Below are positions 9,610-19,072 of a DNA stretch of 64,000 bases, piece by piece. Position numbers and translations under genes: made by a program. The notes beneath the pieces were generated by a model, which saw only the letters and a list, made by a program, of their open reading frames with translations, was not told the origin of the DNA and did no database searches. Source of the stretch: a virus (Duplodnaviria > Caudoviricetes). The stretch lies in the IMG/VR virus record IMGVR_UViG_3300025087_000034. One strand, 5' to 3'. Every line of letters begins with the position of its first letter. Position 1 is the stretch's first letter.

Positions 9610-10683
9610 ATGAGTATGGACCTAAGTAAGTTAAAAGAGTATGTTAGGGCGGTAGCTACGGCTGACGAATCTTCTAGGGAAGTTTTACTTAAGGAGTTTT
9701 GTGCCGCTATTAGAACCCCCATTCTTCAGGAAATCAAGTATCAGTCTATAGCTCGTGAGCTGTTTGCTGTTGAGGTTCTGGAGCCCGGTGCTCAGGCTGT
9801 GTATCCGGTAGCTGACGATTTTGAGCTTCCTGTGTGGGTACTACCTGGTCTTGGCAAAGTAGCCCATCACTTTGTAGAGGGGACCGGTGAGGACGTGTAT
9901 GTGCCCACCTTCCGTATTGCCACTTCTGCTGAGTGGAAGTTGGACTATGCTGTTCATTCCCGTGTGGATATCTTAGCACGAGCCATGCGTAAGGCTGCTG
10001 CCGGTGTAGCTGAGTATGAGGAAGAGTCTGCTTGGCGTGTTATAGTTCCTGCTGGGACCACCAACTTTGCTGCCACGGGTCTTTTGAAGGCGCGTAATGC
10101 GGCTATTTATGAGGTTCCGGTGGGTACTCAGGGCGCTGGCTATCTTTCTAAGGAGCTTGTAAACCGTATGATTATTGGTATGCAGCGTAATGGGCGTACT
10201 TTGACGGATTTGTGGGTTTCTCCGGAAGACGCTGGTGATATTCGTGAATGGACGGAGACTGATGTTGATCCAGTAACTCGTCGTGAGGTATTCCAGGCTG
10301 GTGGTATGGGCAGTATTTGGAATGTAGCTATGCATGTATTCCCTCAGCTGGGTTCTCCTGGTAAGTTTAATATTAATGATTCGACTTCTTCATATGGTAT
10401 ATTCAAGGATACTGCTGGCTCATATCAGGATTACGTGGTAGACCATGGTAACGTGGTTGATGCCAACGGCCAGGTAACCACTCCTGGTGATACCCAGATT
10501 TGGGGCTTTGATATGACCGCCAACGACTCTTTGGTAATGCCCGTCCGTGAAGAGTTGCAGATTTGGGACGACCCCACCCTGCATCGACGCCAACTCCAAG
10601 GCTTCTATGGATGGGAGTCCTGTGGATGGGGGTGTTTGGATTCTCGTATGTTGAGTGTGGGTGTAATCGATCGTTCTCTCTAA
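9610..10683 (+). CDS. Major capsid protein (HK97-type fold inferred)
   Basis: ~357 aa; SD AAGGAGG at 9595-9601 favours ATG 9610 over the track start 9556; position after protease and scaffold; followed by a strong hairpin. Confidence 0.8.
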   Translation: MSMDLSKLKEYVRAVATADESSREVLLKEFCAAIRTPILQEIKYQSIARELFAVEVLEPGAQAVYPVADDFELPVWVLPGLGKVAHHFVEGTGEDVYVPTFRIATSAEWKLDYAVHSRVDILARAMRKAAAGVAEYEEESAWRVIVPAGTTNFAATGLLKARNAAIYEVPVGTQGAGYLSKELVNRMIIGMQRNGRTLTDLWVSPEDAGDIREWTETDVDPVTRREVFQAGGMGSIWNVAMHVFPQLGSPGKFNINDSTSSYGIFKDTAGSYQDYVVDHGNVVDANGQVTTPGDTQIWGFDMTANDSLVMPVREELQIWDDPTLHRRQLQGFYGWESCGWGCLDSRMLSVGVIDRSL

Positions 10684-10698
10684 TTAATTAGAGTTTCC

Positions 10699-10728
10699 TA
10701 CCAGTTAGGTTTTAGTACCTAACTGGTA
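10699..10728 (+). terminator. Hairpin after major capsid gene (probable intrinsic terminator or processing site)
   Basis: TACCAGTTAGGT-TTTAGT-ACCTAACTGGTA, 12-bp perfect stem, followed by CAAGTTTTT and a T-rich tract. Confidence 0.7.
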
Positions 10729-10794
10729 CAAGTTTTTAATTTCTTTCTTTACATTTTTCTTCTTTTTTCTTATTTTTATTAAGAAGACGGAGAT

Positions 10795-12459
10795 GTGTTT
10801 ATGAGCAATAATAAGGTACAAGAAAATAAAAAGTGTTTAAATGTGGATAGGAAGATAGCCTGGTGTAGAAATAAGCTGGACGAGATTGGTGTCTATATGG
10901 GGGCATTTAGTTATACCCTGGTTTCAGATAGTTATAAAAATAATAAAATTAAATTAGAGACCTTGTGTCCTAATGGCCATAGGTGGTTTGTTAGGTGGAG
11001 TGATTTTAGGGTTGGTAAGCGGTGTCCTTGTGAAACCAACAATATGCCAATAACTAAAGAGGTAGTGATAGAAGTTTTAAAGGTTTATGGTTTCGACCTT
11101 GTTTCCGATACCTATGTAGATAATAAAACACCCATAAAGATAAGGTGTACTCATGGGCATACCACGGAAATGAGTTATAGCCATTTCTATAATAGACCTC
11201 ATTGTAGTGAGTGTTGGAGAAAAACACTACCAACATATAGCAAGATAAAAGAACACTTTGTTGTTATGGGTTATACCTTATTGTCGGATAATTATGTGGG
11301 ATCTAAGAAACTTTTAAGATATAAGTGTAAAGAAGGACATATAAATTATATGTCTTGGAATAACTTTAGTAGAAAGTATAGATGCCCAGACTGTGCTAAT
11401 AATGCTTTATTAACTATACCTTTTTTGAGGGAAGAGTTTGGTAAAAGGGGATATACGTTAAATTCAGATATATATGAGGGCAACAAGAAAAAGTTGGACT
11501 GTACTTGTCCTTTGGGACATAAATGGTCTGTAAGTTGGAATTGTTTTAATCGTCCACAAGAATGTCCGAGGTGTAATAGAATGTCTTCAAAACCAGAACG
11601 TGAGATTAGGGATTTTGTTATTTCTTTATTAAGTGAAGAAGAAGTAATATGTAATGATAGGGAAACTATAGGTCCTTATGAATTGGATATTTTTATTCCC
11701 GCGAAAAAAGTTGCTATAGAATTTTGTGGTCTTTATTACCATTCCGAGGTCTCCGGAGGCAAGACGAACCGATATCACTATGATAAAATGGTAGCTTGCA
11801 ACCAGAAGGGCATAAGGCTTCTAGTAGTGTTCGAAGATGAATACACCAATAGAAAGGAAGTAGTTCTTTCAAGAATACAGAACGCAATAGGTGTTGGACT
11901 AAAACGAGTATACGCACGACAGTGTGAAATACGAGAAATAGATTCAAAAACAGCAAATGCATTTTTGTTAGAATTTCACTTACAAGGTAAAAGTAATTCA
12001 ACTAAAAGGTGGGGTTTATATTATAAGGATTTATTGGTAGCTGTACTTACGGCAGGGTTCCCCGCTCGCGCTCATACGTCGGGCGGGAAACGGGTTCTTG
12101 AAATAAAGCGGTTCGCTTCTAGGGGTGGGTATAGTATTGTAGGCGGAGCGTCAAAGTTGTTTGGCAAAGCTAAGGAGTTTGCTATAGAGCAGGACTTTGA
12201 GGTGATTAAGAGCTATTGCGACAGACGCTATGAGTCACTTCGGCCCGTCTACGAGCAGCTGGGATTGGTAATGCAATCATACACTAAATATACGCCTCAC
12301 TATATTAGTCCTGATTATAAAGTACGGGTCCGCAATCAAGGATTGAGAAAAACTCCGGAAGAAAGACTCACTGGAAAAAGTGAGTGGGAGCTTAGGAGAG
12401 AACAGGGCTACGATCGCATATTTGATTGTGGACATAGAACATATGTTATGGAGCTCTAG
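10795..12459 (+). CDS. Repeat-array endonuclease: 4 CxxGH..CxxC repeats + PD-(D/E)xK nuclease + GNAT-like C-terminal domain (Hef-like homing endonuclease)
   Basis: Repeats such as CPNGH..WSDF..RCPC; ELDIFIPAKKVAIEFCGLYYHSE nuclease; FHLQG...RFAS...VGGASKLF...SYCDRR C-terminal domain as recalled for Hef-type phage endonucleases. Confidence 0.7.
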   Translation: MFMSNNKVQENKKCLNVDRKIAWCRNKLDEIGVYMGAFSYTLVSDSYKNNKIKLETLCPNGHRWFVRWSDFRVGKRCPCETNNMPITKEVVIEVLKVYGFDLVSDTYVDNKTPIKIRCTHGHTTEMSYSHFYNRPHCSECWRKTLPTYSKIKEHFVVMGYTLLSDNYVGSKKLLRYKCKEGHINYMSWNNFSRKYRCPDCANNALLTIPFLREEFGKRGYTLNSDIYEGNKKKLDCTCPLGHKWSVSWNCFNRPQECPRCNRMSSKPEREIRDFVISLLSEEEVICNDRETIGPYELDIFIPAKKVAIEFCGLYYHSEVSGGKTNRYHYDKMVACNQKGIRLLVVFEDEYTNRKEVVLSRIQNAIGVGLKRVYARQCEIREIDSKTANAFLLEFHLQGKSNSTKRWGLYYKDLLVAVLTAGFPARAHTSGGKRVLEIKRFASRGGYSIVGGASKLFGKAKEFAIEQDFEVIKSYCDRRYESLRPVYEQLGLVMQSYTKYTPHYISPDYKVRVRNQGLRKTPEERLTGKSEWELRREQGYDRIFDCGHRTYVMEL

Positions 12460-12467
12460 TTTTTGTT

Positions 12468-13916
12468 GTGGGAAAGCTATCTAAAGAGTATAATTTGGCT
12501 GTTCTCTATCCGGACTTAGCTAAACAATGGCACCTTACTAAGAATAAGGGGGGCCCTGAACAATATTTACCAAAGTCTTGTAAAAAAGCCTGGTGGTTTG
12601 AAGAAAAAGATGGTGTTTTTTATGAATGGAAAGCAAAGATACAAAATAGGGTTAGTAACGGTGCAGGTAATCCATATATTTGTGGTCAATCTGTGGGGTA
12701 TGGAAATGATTTAGCTTCGCTACGTCCAGATTTAGCTAAACAATGGCACCCAACTAAAAACGAAAAGGGCCCAGAGCAGTACACCATAGGTACCCATAAG
12801 AAAGTGTGGTGGCTTGAGGAGATTGAGGGGGTTGTGTACGAGTGGTTGTCTCCCATATACCACAGGGTTAGGGGAGATAACAACCCATATTTGTCTGGTA
12901 GGGCGGTTGGGTATGGGAATGATTTAGCTTCGCTACGTCCAGATTTAGCTAAACAATGGCACCCAACTAAAAACGAAAAGGGCCCGGAGTGTTATGTTCC
13001 AATGTCCAGCAAAAAAGTTTGGTGGTGCGAGGAGGCTGGTGGAGTTTTTTACGAGTGGGAAGCCATTATACATAATAGAGTAAGGCTTGAGCAAGGTAAT
13101 CCTTATTTATCGGGGCATAAGGCTGGTTATGGTAACGATTTGGCTACTTTGATGCCTGATTTAGCTAGACAGTGGCACCCTACTAAAAATAAGAAAGGGC
13201 CAGAGCATTATACCTGTGGCTCACCGAAGAAGGTTTGGTGGGTACAAGAGGTCGGTGGGGTTGTATATGAGTGGCAGATGTCTATTTATAGCAGAGTTAA
13301 GCTTGGTTGTAATAACCCCTATTTGTCTGGTCAATCTGTGGGGTATGGAAATGATTTGGCATCGCTATGTCCCGATTTAGTTAAACAATGGCACCCAACC
13401 AGGAATAAAAAAGGTCCCGAATGTTATACTATAGGGTCTGGTAAAAGGGCCTGGTGGTGTGAGGAGGTTGGTGGGGTTTTTTATGAGTGGCCGGCAACAA
13501 TCTACAGTAGGGTTCACGGGAGTGGTAACCCATATATTTGTGGGGGGCCTATCTCTAAGATTTCACAGCAGTGGCTGGATTTTTTAGGGGTACCCAATAA
13601 TGTAGGTACTACAAGGGAATTTTTAATAAATGTAGGTACTAAGTCTTTTAGGGTTGATGGTTTTAACCCGGAAACCAAAACTGTTTATGAGTTTCTAGGT
13701 ACTATTTGGCACGGCGATCCTAGGGTATGTCAGTCTTTAGACAGAAATCCTTTTAATAAAAGGACCTATGGCCAGCTTTACTATGAAACTCTTGAACGTT
13801 TCGACCTGATAAGGTCCGTGGGATATAGTATAAAATATGTTTGGGAAAGTGATTTTAGGGCGGGAAAAAAGTTCTCAGTAGGTAGTTTTCAAAAGGAGGG
13901 AAAGTATGAGTATTAG
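12468..13916 (+). CDS. Repeat-array endonuclease: 5 DUF4379-like repeats lacking Zn ligands + DUF559/Vsr-like nuclease
   Basis: Five ~71-aa repeats with WW.EE..GV.YEW and NPY(L/I) in place of WW.H/C..HEW and CPYC; C-terminal RVDGFNPETKTVYEFLGTIWHGDP. Confidence 0.75.
   Translation: MGKLSKEYNLAVLYPDLAKQWHLTKNKGGPEQYLPKSCKKAWWFEEKDGVFYEWKAKIQNRVSNGAGNPYICGQSVGYGNDLASLRPDLAKQWHPTKNEKGPEQYTIGTHKKVWWLEEIEGVVYEWLSPIYHRVRGDNNPYLSGRAVGYGNDLASLRPDLAKQWHPTKNEKGPECYVPMSSKKVWWCEEAGGVFYEWEAIIHNRVRLEQGNPYLSGHKAGYGNDLATLMPDLARQWHPTKNKKGPEHYTCGSPKKVWWVQEVGGVVYEWQMSIYSRVKLGCNNPYLSGQSVGYGNDLASLCPDLVKQWHPTRNKKGPECYTIGSGKRAWWCEEVGGVFYEWPATIYSRVHGSGNPYICGGPISKISQQWLDFLGVPNNVGTTREFLINVGTKSFRVDGFNPETKTVYEFLGTIWHGDPRVCQSLDRNPFNKRTYGQLYYETLERFDLIRSVGYSIKYVWESDFRAGKKFSVGSFQKEGKYEY
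12705..12985 (+). repeat. 68-bp exact direct repeat (12705-12772 and 12918-12985) within the repeat-array gene
   Basis: AATGATTTAGCTTCGCTACGTCCAGATTTAGCTAAACAATGGCACCCAACTAAAAACGAAAAGGGCCC occurs twice, 213 nt (71 codons) apart. Confidence 0.9.
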
Positions 13917-14370
13917 TGGTTTTGTATTGAATAATACAGGAAGGGCCAAGTTTATATTTAAACGTTCAGTATATTTTGGAGCAAAGATATCCTTGAGCGA
14001 TTTATATAGTCTTTATTCTAAAGATTATGGAGGGGAGTTTGATACAAATTTTCTTGAGTGGTTAGAAAAGAATAAGATGATCCCTGGTTTTGAGATAATT
14101 ATAGGTGATATAGAAATTTCTTCGGCGCCAGAAGAAAAATCCCCAGAAAGGCTTGAAGAAGAAAGAGAACTATTTGTAAAACAAGTTCCCCCAAATAAGC
14201 TAACAGCACGAGATATATCTGAACTCAAAATTAAAGACGACCCAAAAAGAATTATACGAACAATAAATAGTAAGACAAAGTTACGAAGGGCACTTACACT
14301 CTGTAAGGGTCGAGCAGGAAAGGAAACTCTCCTAAAATATATTCATGAAAGGATTTCAGAACTACTATAA
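13906..14370 (+). CDS. Hypothetical protein
   Basis: 154-aa ORF; its SD (AAGGAGG) lies inside the 3' end of the upstream nuclease gene. Confidence 0.6.
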   Translation: MSISGFVLNNTGRAKFIFKRSVYFGAKISLSDLYSLYSKDYGGEFDTNFLEWLEKNKMIPGFEIIIGDIEISSAPEEKSPERLEEERELFVKQVPPNKLTARDISELKIKDDPKRIIRTINSKTKLRRALTLCKGRAGKETLLKYIHERISELL

Positions 14371-14727
14371 ATGTTTCATTATTTTGTTTTCATTCTTATA
14401 TGTTCTATAGTTATAGAAGCTCTTACTGAACTTCTTTCAAAGTCTCTTATATTTGCTCCTTTTGTTGATTGGCTTTTGTCTTTTGAAGGAAGAAGTAAAA
14501 TTTTACATTTCTTTGGAAGAGCTTTTGACTGTGGATACTGCTGCAGCGCTTGGATGAGCATTTTTATTACAGGTTTGGTTTTTATTTTTAGCCCGCTGAA
14601 ATTTTTTGGGTTTGTTTTATTAGATATATTTATGTTTATGATAATTTGTCATAGATTGGCAAATTATATACATAATCTACAAGATAGGGTATATTATAAC
14701 AAGGGTGTTGATAGAAAAAACACCTAG
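14371..14727 (+). CDS. Small membrane protein, DUF1360-like (possible holin-like)
   Basis: Three hydrophobic segments and a CGYCCSAW motif resembling DUF1360 C-x-x-C-x-S-x-W. Confidence 0.5.
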   Translation: MFHYFVFILICSIVIEALTELLSKSLIFAPFVDWLLSFEGRSKILHFFGRAFDCGYCCSAWMSIFITGLVFIFSPLKFFGFVLLDIFMFMIICHRLANYIHNLQDRVYYNKGVDRKNT

Positions 14728-14744
14728 ATTTTAGGAGGTTTAGA

Positions 14745-15089
14745 ATGAGTTTAGTACATGATAGAGTTGGCGTACAAGGTCAAAAGGTGCCAGTGGATTC
14801 TGCTACTATGTTGGATATTCCTGAGGAGTGTTATGAGGATTTAGAGAAGCTTCGTTCCTATGCGGACGAGCTTAATAATGCGAGGGTGGAACTTGGAAGA
14901 CTGCATCAGGTACTTGCACACCTGACCAACGTGTGTAACACAGCAGAACATAATGCTGCTGAGGCTAAGAAAAATATAGTAGACCATATGTCTCTACCAG
15001 AAGGTAATTGGGCGGTTGACTTTGATTCTAAAAAGGTTGCTCGTGTAGTTGTAGAAAATCTTAAAACACCAAGGGTGGTAGGTCCATAA
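14745..15089 (+). CDS. Hypothetical coiled-coil protein
   Basis: 114 aa, SD AGGAGG. Confidence 0.6.
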   Translation: MSLVHDRVGVQGQKVPVDSATMLDIPEECYEDLEKLRSYADELNNARVELGRLHQVLAHLTNVCNTAEHNAAEAKKNIVDHMSLPEGNWAVDFDSKKVARVVVENLKTPRVVGP

Positions 15090-15109
15090 TTTTTTGGCGG
15101 GGTAAAAAA
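15090..15109. other. T-tract/CG-core/A-tract motif (intergenic copy)
   Basis: TTTTTTGGCGGGGTAAAAAA. Confidence 0.5.
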
Positions 15110-15197
15110 GAATCCAATAATAATAAATAAGAGGACTTTTTAATCGTGCCCTGAATATATAGTGCTAAAAAATATATGATAGGTGGAACAATAAAAA

Positions 15198-16844
15198 ATG
15201 AGATACACAGATAAAGATTTATATAGTACAAAAGAGCGCCTTGAAATAATCCTTGATAATGGAGAGCACTCTTCTGATTGGTCCTCCTTAGCTGGGCCGG
15301 CTATAACTATTGCTTCAGGGTCAGAACATGTTACAGGGACTCGTTCCGTCAGTTTCGCTAAACAAGCGGGCGGAACAAAAGACGTATATATAATACGTCC
15401 TTTAGATATTAAAAATGGTTATAACCTAGACGCTTTCTCTTCTGAAGGTTTGATACTATCCTCAGTTTATATTCCTTCCCTTACTGATGTTTCATCCTAC
15501 AATATTGCACTATTAATGAGTTCCGGTACGGAAAATGGGGTTTTCTATAGTGTTGCTGATACTGATCTTGTTGTCGGTTGGAACAATCTCAAGATGGATT
15601 GTAATAGCTATACATCGGCGAGTGGGGTTGGTCTTGATTGGAATCATGTAAAGTATGTTGCAGTTGGTCTAACTCTCGATGCTGCAGATGATACTCTAGC
15701 TGGTATTCTTGTAGATAGTATACGTGTGCAGGTTCCGTCCGCATCATTTAATTTTGATACAAATGTTGACAATGTTACTGTGACTCTGGACACTGACGCG
15801 GCTAATACAGCTAGAACTACAGCTTCGCAGGTTTTGCCTGTTCAGAATGTAGACCAGGTTGGTGCGGTGGCTCCTGCTGGTAATATCAATACGAACGCAC
15901 CTTTTGGCAAGATAACTGACGGTAGCGATGATCTAAACCTGTTGGCTGCTAATGCTTCCAAGAGTGTCTCTTCTATTGTAGTACCTGTTCAGTCGGTAGA
16001 CAGAACGGGGGCTACTATGCCTGCTGGTGAGAGCCTTGGTAATGCACCCTTTTTCAAGTTGTCGGACAATGTGGATTCGTTGGACCTCATACCCGCTAGT
16101 GGAACTAAAAGTGTGTCTACTGTTACGGTTCCAGTGCAATGCATTGGACTTGACGGTGTTCCTATGGAGACTGTGTCTAATAGTCTCTCTGGGGCCTCTA
16201 TTTACTCTGCTGGACAAGGGGATTTTACTGTAGCGTATACTTCTAGTGCCACTGTTACCTTGGCAGGGCTGCTTTTTACTCCAACGAGTGTGCAATTCAT
16301 AGAAGTAGTACGCTTGGATACAACGGGTAAGCAAACTAAGCTTCGTCCTTATAATTATGCATTTTCTTATGTTGGGGCTACTGGGGTACTTACTGTTACA
16401 GGGGCTAGCTTTGTTGCCACAGATACTTATGACGTATTTTTGTGGGGTCCTCAGAAAACAGTTAATACTAGTGCCAATGCGCAGAATGTTTTGATATTAA
16501 ATCCTGGTCCTTCTACCTATACTTCAGCGACTTTGCTTACAGGCACGGCGGCAACCGGGGATGTATATGCTTACGTGGACGTAGCAGGGCTGCAAAACAT
16601 GAGCCTACAGTATTCTTTTACTGCTGGGACGGTATCTGGTGCCGTTGATCTTACTTTGCAAGATGACGGCACTGCTGCCGCATCATGCACGTATATGCCT
16701 TATACATATGACAGGTTTAGTGTGCATTATGTTACTGCTTCCTCTTTATTGGAATTTGACACTCCGGTCACAGCGAAATATCTACGTGTTAAGGTTTCTG
16801 CTACATCGGGAACTTACGCTGTATATTTCTGTGGAATTTATTAA
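15198..16844 (+). CDS. Putative virion accessory protein (beta-rich, internal 49-aa repeats)
   Basis: 548 aa, S/T/V/G-rich; jelly-roll-like N-terminus; repeats V.PVQ.VD..GA..PAG....NAPF.K..D..D.L.L..A...KSVS. Confidence 0.55.
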   Translation: MRYTDKDLYSTKERLEIILDNGEHSSDWSSLAGPAITIASGSEHVTGTRSVSFAKQAGGTKDVYIIRPLDIKNGYNLDAFSSEGLILSSVYIPSLTDVSSYNIALLMSSGTENGVFYSVADTDLVVGWNNLKMDCNSYTSASGVGLDWNHVKYVAVGLTLDAADDTLAGILVDSIRVQVPSASFNFDTNVDNVTVTLDTDAANTARTTASQVLPVQNVDQVGAVAPAGNINTNAPFGKITDGSDDLNLLAANASKSVSSIVVPVQSVDRTGATMPAGESLGNAPFFKLSDNVDSLDLIPASGTKSVSTVTVPVQCIGLDGVPMETVSNSLSGASIYSAGQGDFTVAYTSSATVTLAGLLFTPTSVQFIEVVRLDTTGKQTKLRPYNYAFSYVGATGVLTVTGASFVATDTYDVFLWGPQKTVNTSANAQNVLILNPGPSTYTSATLLTGTAATGDVYAYVDVAGLQNMSLQYSFTAGTVSGAVDLTLQDDGTAAASCTYMPYTYDRFSVHYVTASSLLEFDTPVTAKYLRVKVSATSGTYAVYFCGIY

Positions 16845-16875
16845 TAATATTAAGTAGTTAGCTTATGAGGTTTTT

Positions 16876-17658
16876 ATGAATAATAGTTGTGAGTGTAAGT
16901 CCGGTATTTATACCATTATTAATACTGTGAATGGAAAATCTTATGTAGGAAGCTCCGTGAATATTAAGAGGCGCTGGTATGATCATCGCTCGTCTTTAAA
17001 CAGGGGGGCTCATGAGAATCCCCATCTTCAGAATTCTTGGAATAAGTATGGTGCAGAATCTTTTTATTTTGGTGTTTTAGAGTTTGTAGACAACAAAAGG
17101 ACTTTAATTTCAAGAGAACAGTATTGGATTGATTTGCTAGAGGTAGTTAATTTTGACAAGGGGTACAATATTAGCCCTTCTGCTGGGAGTTGTTTGGGAG
17201 TAAAACATTCAGATGAGACTAGAAAAAGGATCTCTTTGTCGATGGCTGGTTCTTCTAATCCTTTCTATGGTAAGCACCATACGGAGGAAACCAAGAGGGG
17301 GCTTTCTAGCGCGCGCATAGGTAGAAACATAGGTGAGGATAACCATTTTTATGGAAGGCACCATACGGAAGAGACTAAGAAAAAGATGTTGGTGGCTAAG
17401 CAGGCTGTCGAACTTGAGTTTATGGGGGAGGTCAAGGTGTTGGGCGAGTGGGCTAAGTGTACAGGAATAAGTAGACTAACTTTGAGTTCAAGAATATTTC
17501 AGTTAGGGTGGTCTACGGAGAGGGCACTAACAACACCAGTGAATCAGAGTGTAAGCGTAAAAAGAGTTAAGCAGGTGTTTTCTTGTGAGACAAGAAAAAA
17601 GATGTCAGAGTCTGGTAGGAATAGAAAATGTAGGTGTAGTTTGGCGACAAAACTTTAA
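16876..17658 (+). CDS. GIY-YIG homing endonuclease with NUMOD3 motifs
   Basis: SGIYTI.N..NGKSYVGSS..IKRRW..H; repeated NPFYGKHHTEETK / NHFYGRHHTEETK; C-terminal GWSTERALTTP module. Confidence 0.9.
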   Translation: MNNSCECKSGIYTIINTVNGKSYVGSSVNIKRRWYDHRSSLNRGAHENPHLQNSWNKYGAESFYFGVLEFVDNKRTLISREQYWIDLLEVVNFDKGYNISPSAGSCLGVKHSDETRKRISLSMAGSSNPFYGKHHTEETKRGLSSARIGRNIGEDNHFYGRHHTEETKKKMLVAKQAVELEFMGEVKVLGEWAKCTGISRLTLSSRIFQLGWSTERALTTPVNQSVSVKRVKQVFSCETRKKMSESGRNRKCRCSLATKL

Positions 17659-17701
17659 ATTTGTGGGTCTAGCTATAAAGGATAACCTATAGGTAAAACT
17701 A

Positions 17702-19018
17702 GTGCAAACACTTCCTAAAATCCAAGGTGAGAAACTTACCAAACGGTTTGATTTACGTTCTTCTACTTCTATTGCTGAAGATGGTGGAACTATAGCTGGA
17801 AGTCTATCTTATAATAGTGTGAAAGGGGCGTATTTTGACGGCATTACTAATTATATTAGTTATTACCCTTCTTCTTATTTGACTAGTAATAAGATAAGCA
17901 TAAGTATTGAATTTACACCATCTTTCGTATGTACAGATGGTGCAACACGATATTTGTTTAGCGCATATACAAATAGTGTAAAATTATTGGTAGCCAAGAA
18001 TGCAGGGTCTGGGATTTCCGTGTATATTGGGGACGGTGTCTCGGTTATTGGTGGTTCTTCTGTAGCTGGTCTTTGGAGAGTAAACGAGAGGAATGTAATA
18101 ACAGCGGCTTGTGTCTCTGGGACGAACAAAGTTTGGTTGAATGGGGTGCTGGCTGGGTCTTCGGGAGTTGCTTGGACGCCTTTAGCAAATTATACCACAG
18201 CGGTTATCGGCGCATATTACTATGGCAGTATGAGTTCTCCCTTTGTTGGGAATATACATTCTATATCTATATACAATACCCTATTGACCGAAACAGAAGC
18301 ATTAGATTTATATGATAATAGTACATTCAACTTTTTTTCAGTCGCCGACGTTTTTTTAGATATGAAAAGTCAAACTTCTAACGGCACAAATCAAATAACC
18401 AAAGACAAAAGCGGACACGGGCGGGATTTCAAACTTGGGGATGGTACAACTGCTTCTACGATGCCTGCCTTTATGAGCCCCGGTTATGACCTAGATGGGA
18501 CTTCGGATTATTTGTTGAATAGTAATGTTACAGGAATATATAACAATACCTACCAAACAATAGTGGTGGCGTTCAGACCTAACTTTGTTTACACGAATAA
18601 CGCTTATTCTTATTTGTACAGTTCTGCTGCTGGGGCATTTCAATACGCAGTTGTCAAAGCAGCTAATGTGGGTAGTAATGCTTTATACGTGATAATGGGA
18701 GGGTACGAGGTGCAGGCAATAGCTTCCTCCATATATTCTCCATATTGGAAGCAACACGGGGTTAATGTTTTGGTTGTTTCAGGAATATCAGGCAACACTG
18801 ATGTATGGCTGAATGGTAATCAAATTTTGACTAAGGGTAACACGGTTTGGGTTCCTACAAATTCTACGAGCATATATCTCGGTCAGGTTTATAGTGGGAC
18901 AGCACGCTTTAATGGTGAGATTTTCCATTTTTCAACTTATGGTAATAAATTCTCACAGAAAATGTCAGATACACAAGTGAGATATTTAACCGGATATCTC
19001 ATGCAAATGTATAGTTAG
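17702..19018 (+). CDS. LamG/concanavalin A-like domain virion protein (two domains)
   Basis: FDG...YI, F.GNIHSISIYN..L...E and FNGEIFHF signatures of laminin G-like folds, present twice. Confidence 0.7.
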   Translation: MQTLPKIQGEKLTKRFDLRSSTSIAEDGGTIAGSLSYNSVKGAYFDGITNYISYYPSSYLTSNKISISIEFTPSFVCTDGATRYLFSAYTNSVKLLVAKNAGSGISVYIGDGVSVIGGSSVAGLWRVNERNVITAACVSGTNKVWLNGVLAGSSGVAWTPLANYTTAVIGAYYYGSMSSPFVGNIHSISIYNTLLTETEALDLYDNSTFNFFSVADVFLDMKSQTSNGTNQITKDKSGHGRDFKLGDGTTASTMPAFMSPGYDLDGTSDYLLNSNVTGIYNNTYQTIVVAFRPNFVYTNNAYSYLYSSAAGAFQYAVVKAANVGSNALYVIMGGYEVQAIASSIYSPYWKQHGVNVLVVSGISGNTDVWLNGNQILTKGNTVWVPTNSTSIYLGQVYSGTARFNGEIFHFSTYGNKFSQKMSDTQVRYLTGYLMQMYS

Positions 19019-19019
19019 A

Positions 19020-19041
19020 TTTTTTTAACGCGCGGAAAAAA
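19020..19041. other. T-tract/CG-core/A-tract motif (intergenic copy)
   Basis: TTTTTTTAACGCGCGGAAAAAA. Confidence 0.5.
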
Positions 19042-19072
19042 TAATCCCAACATGAAGAAAGTATAACACATA

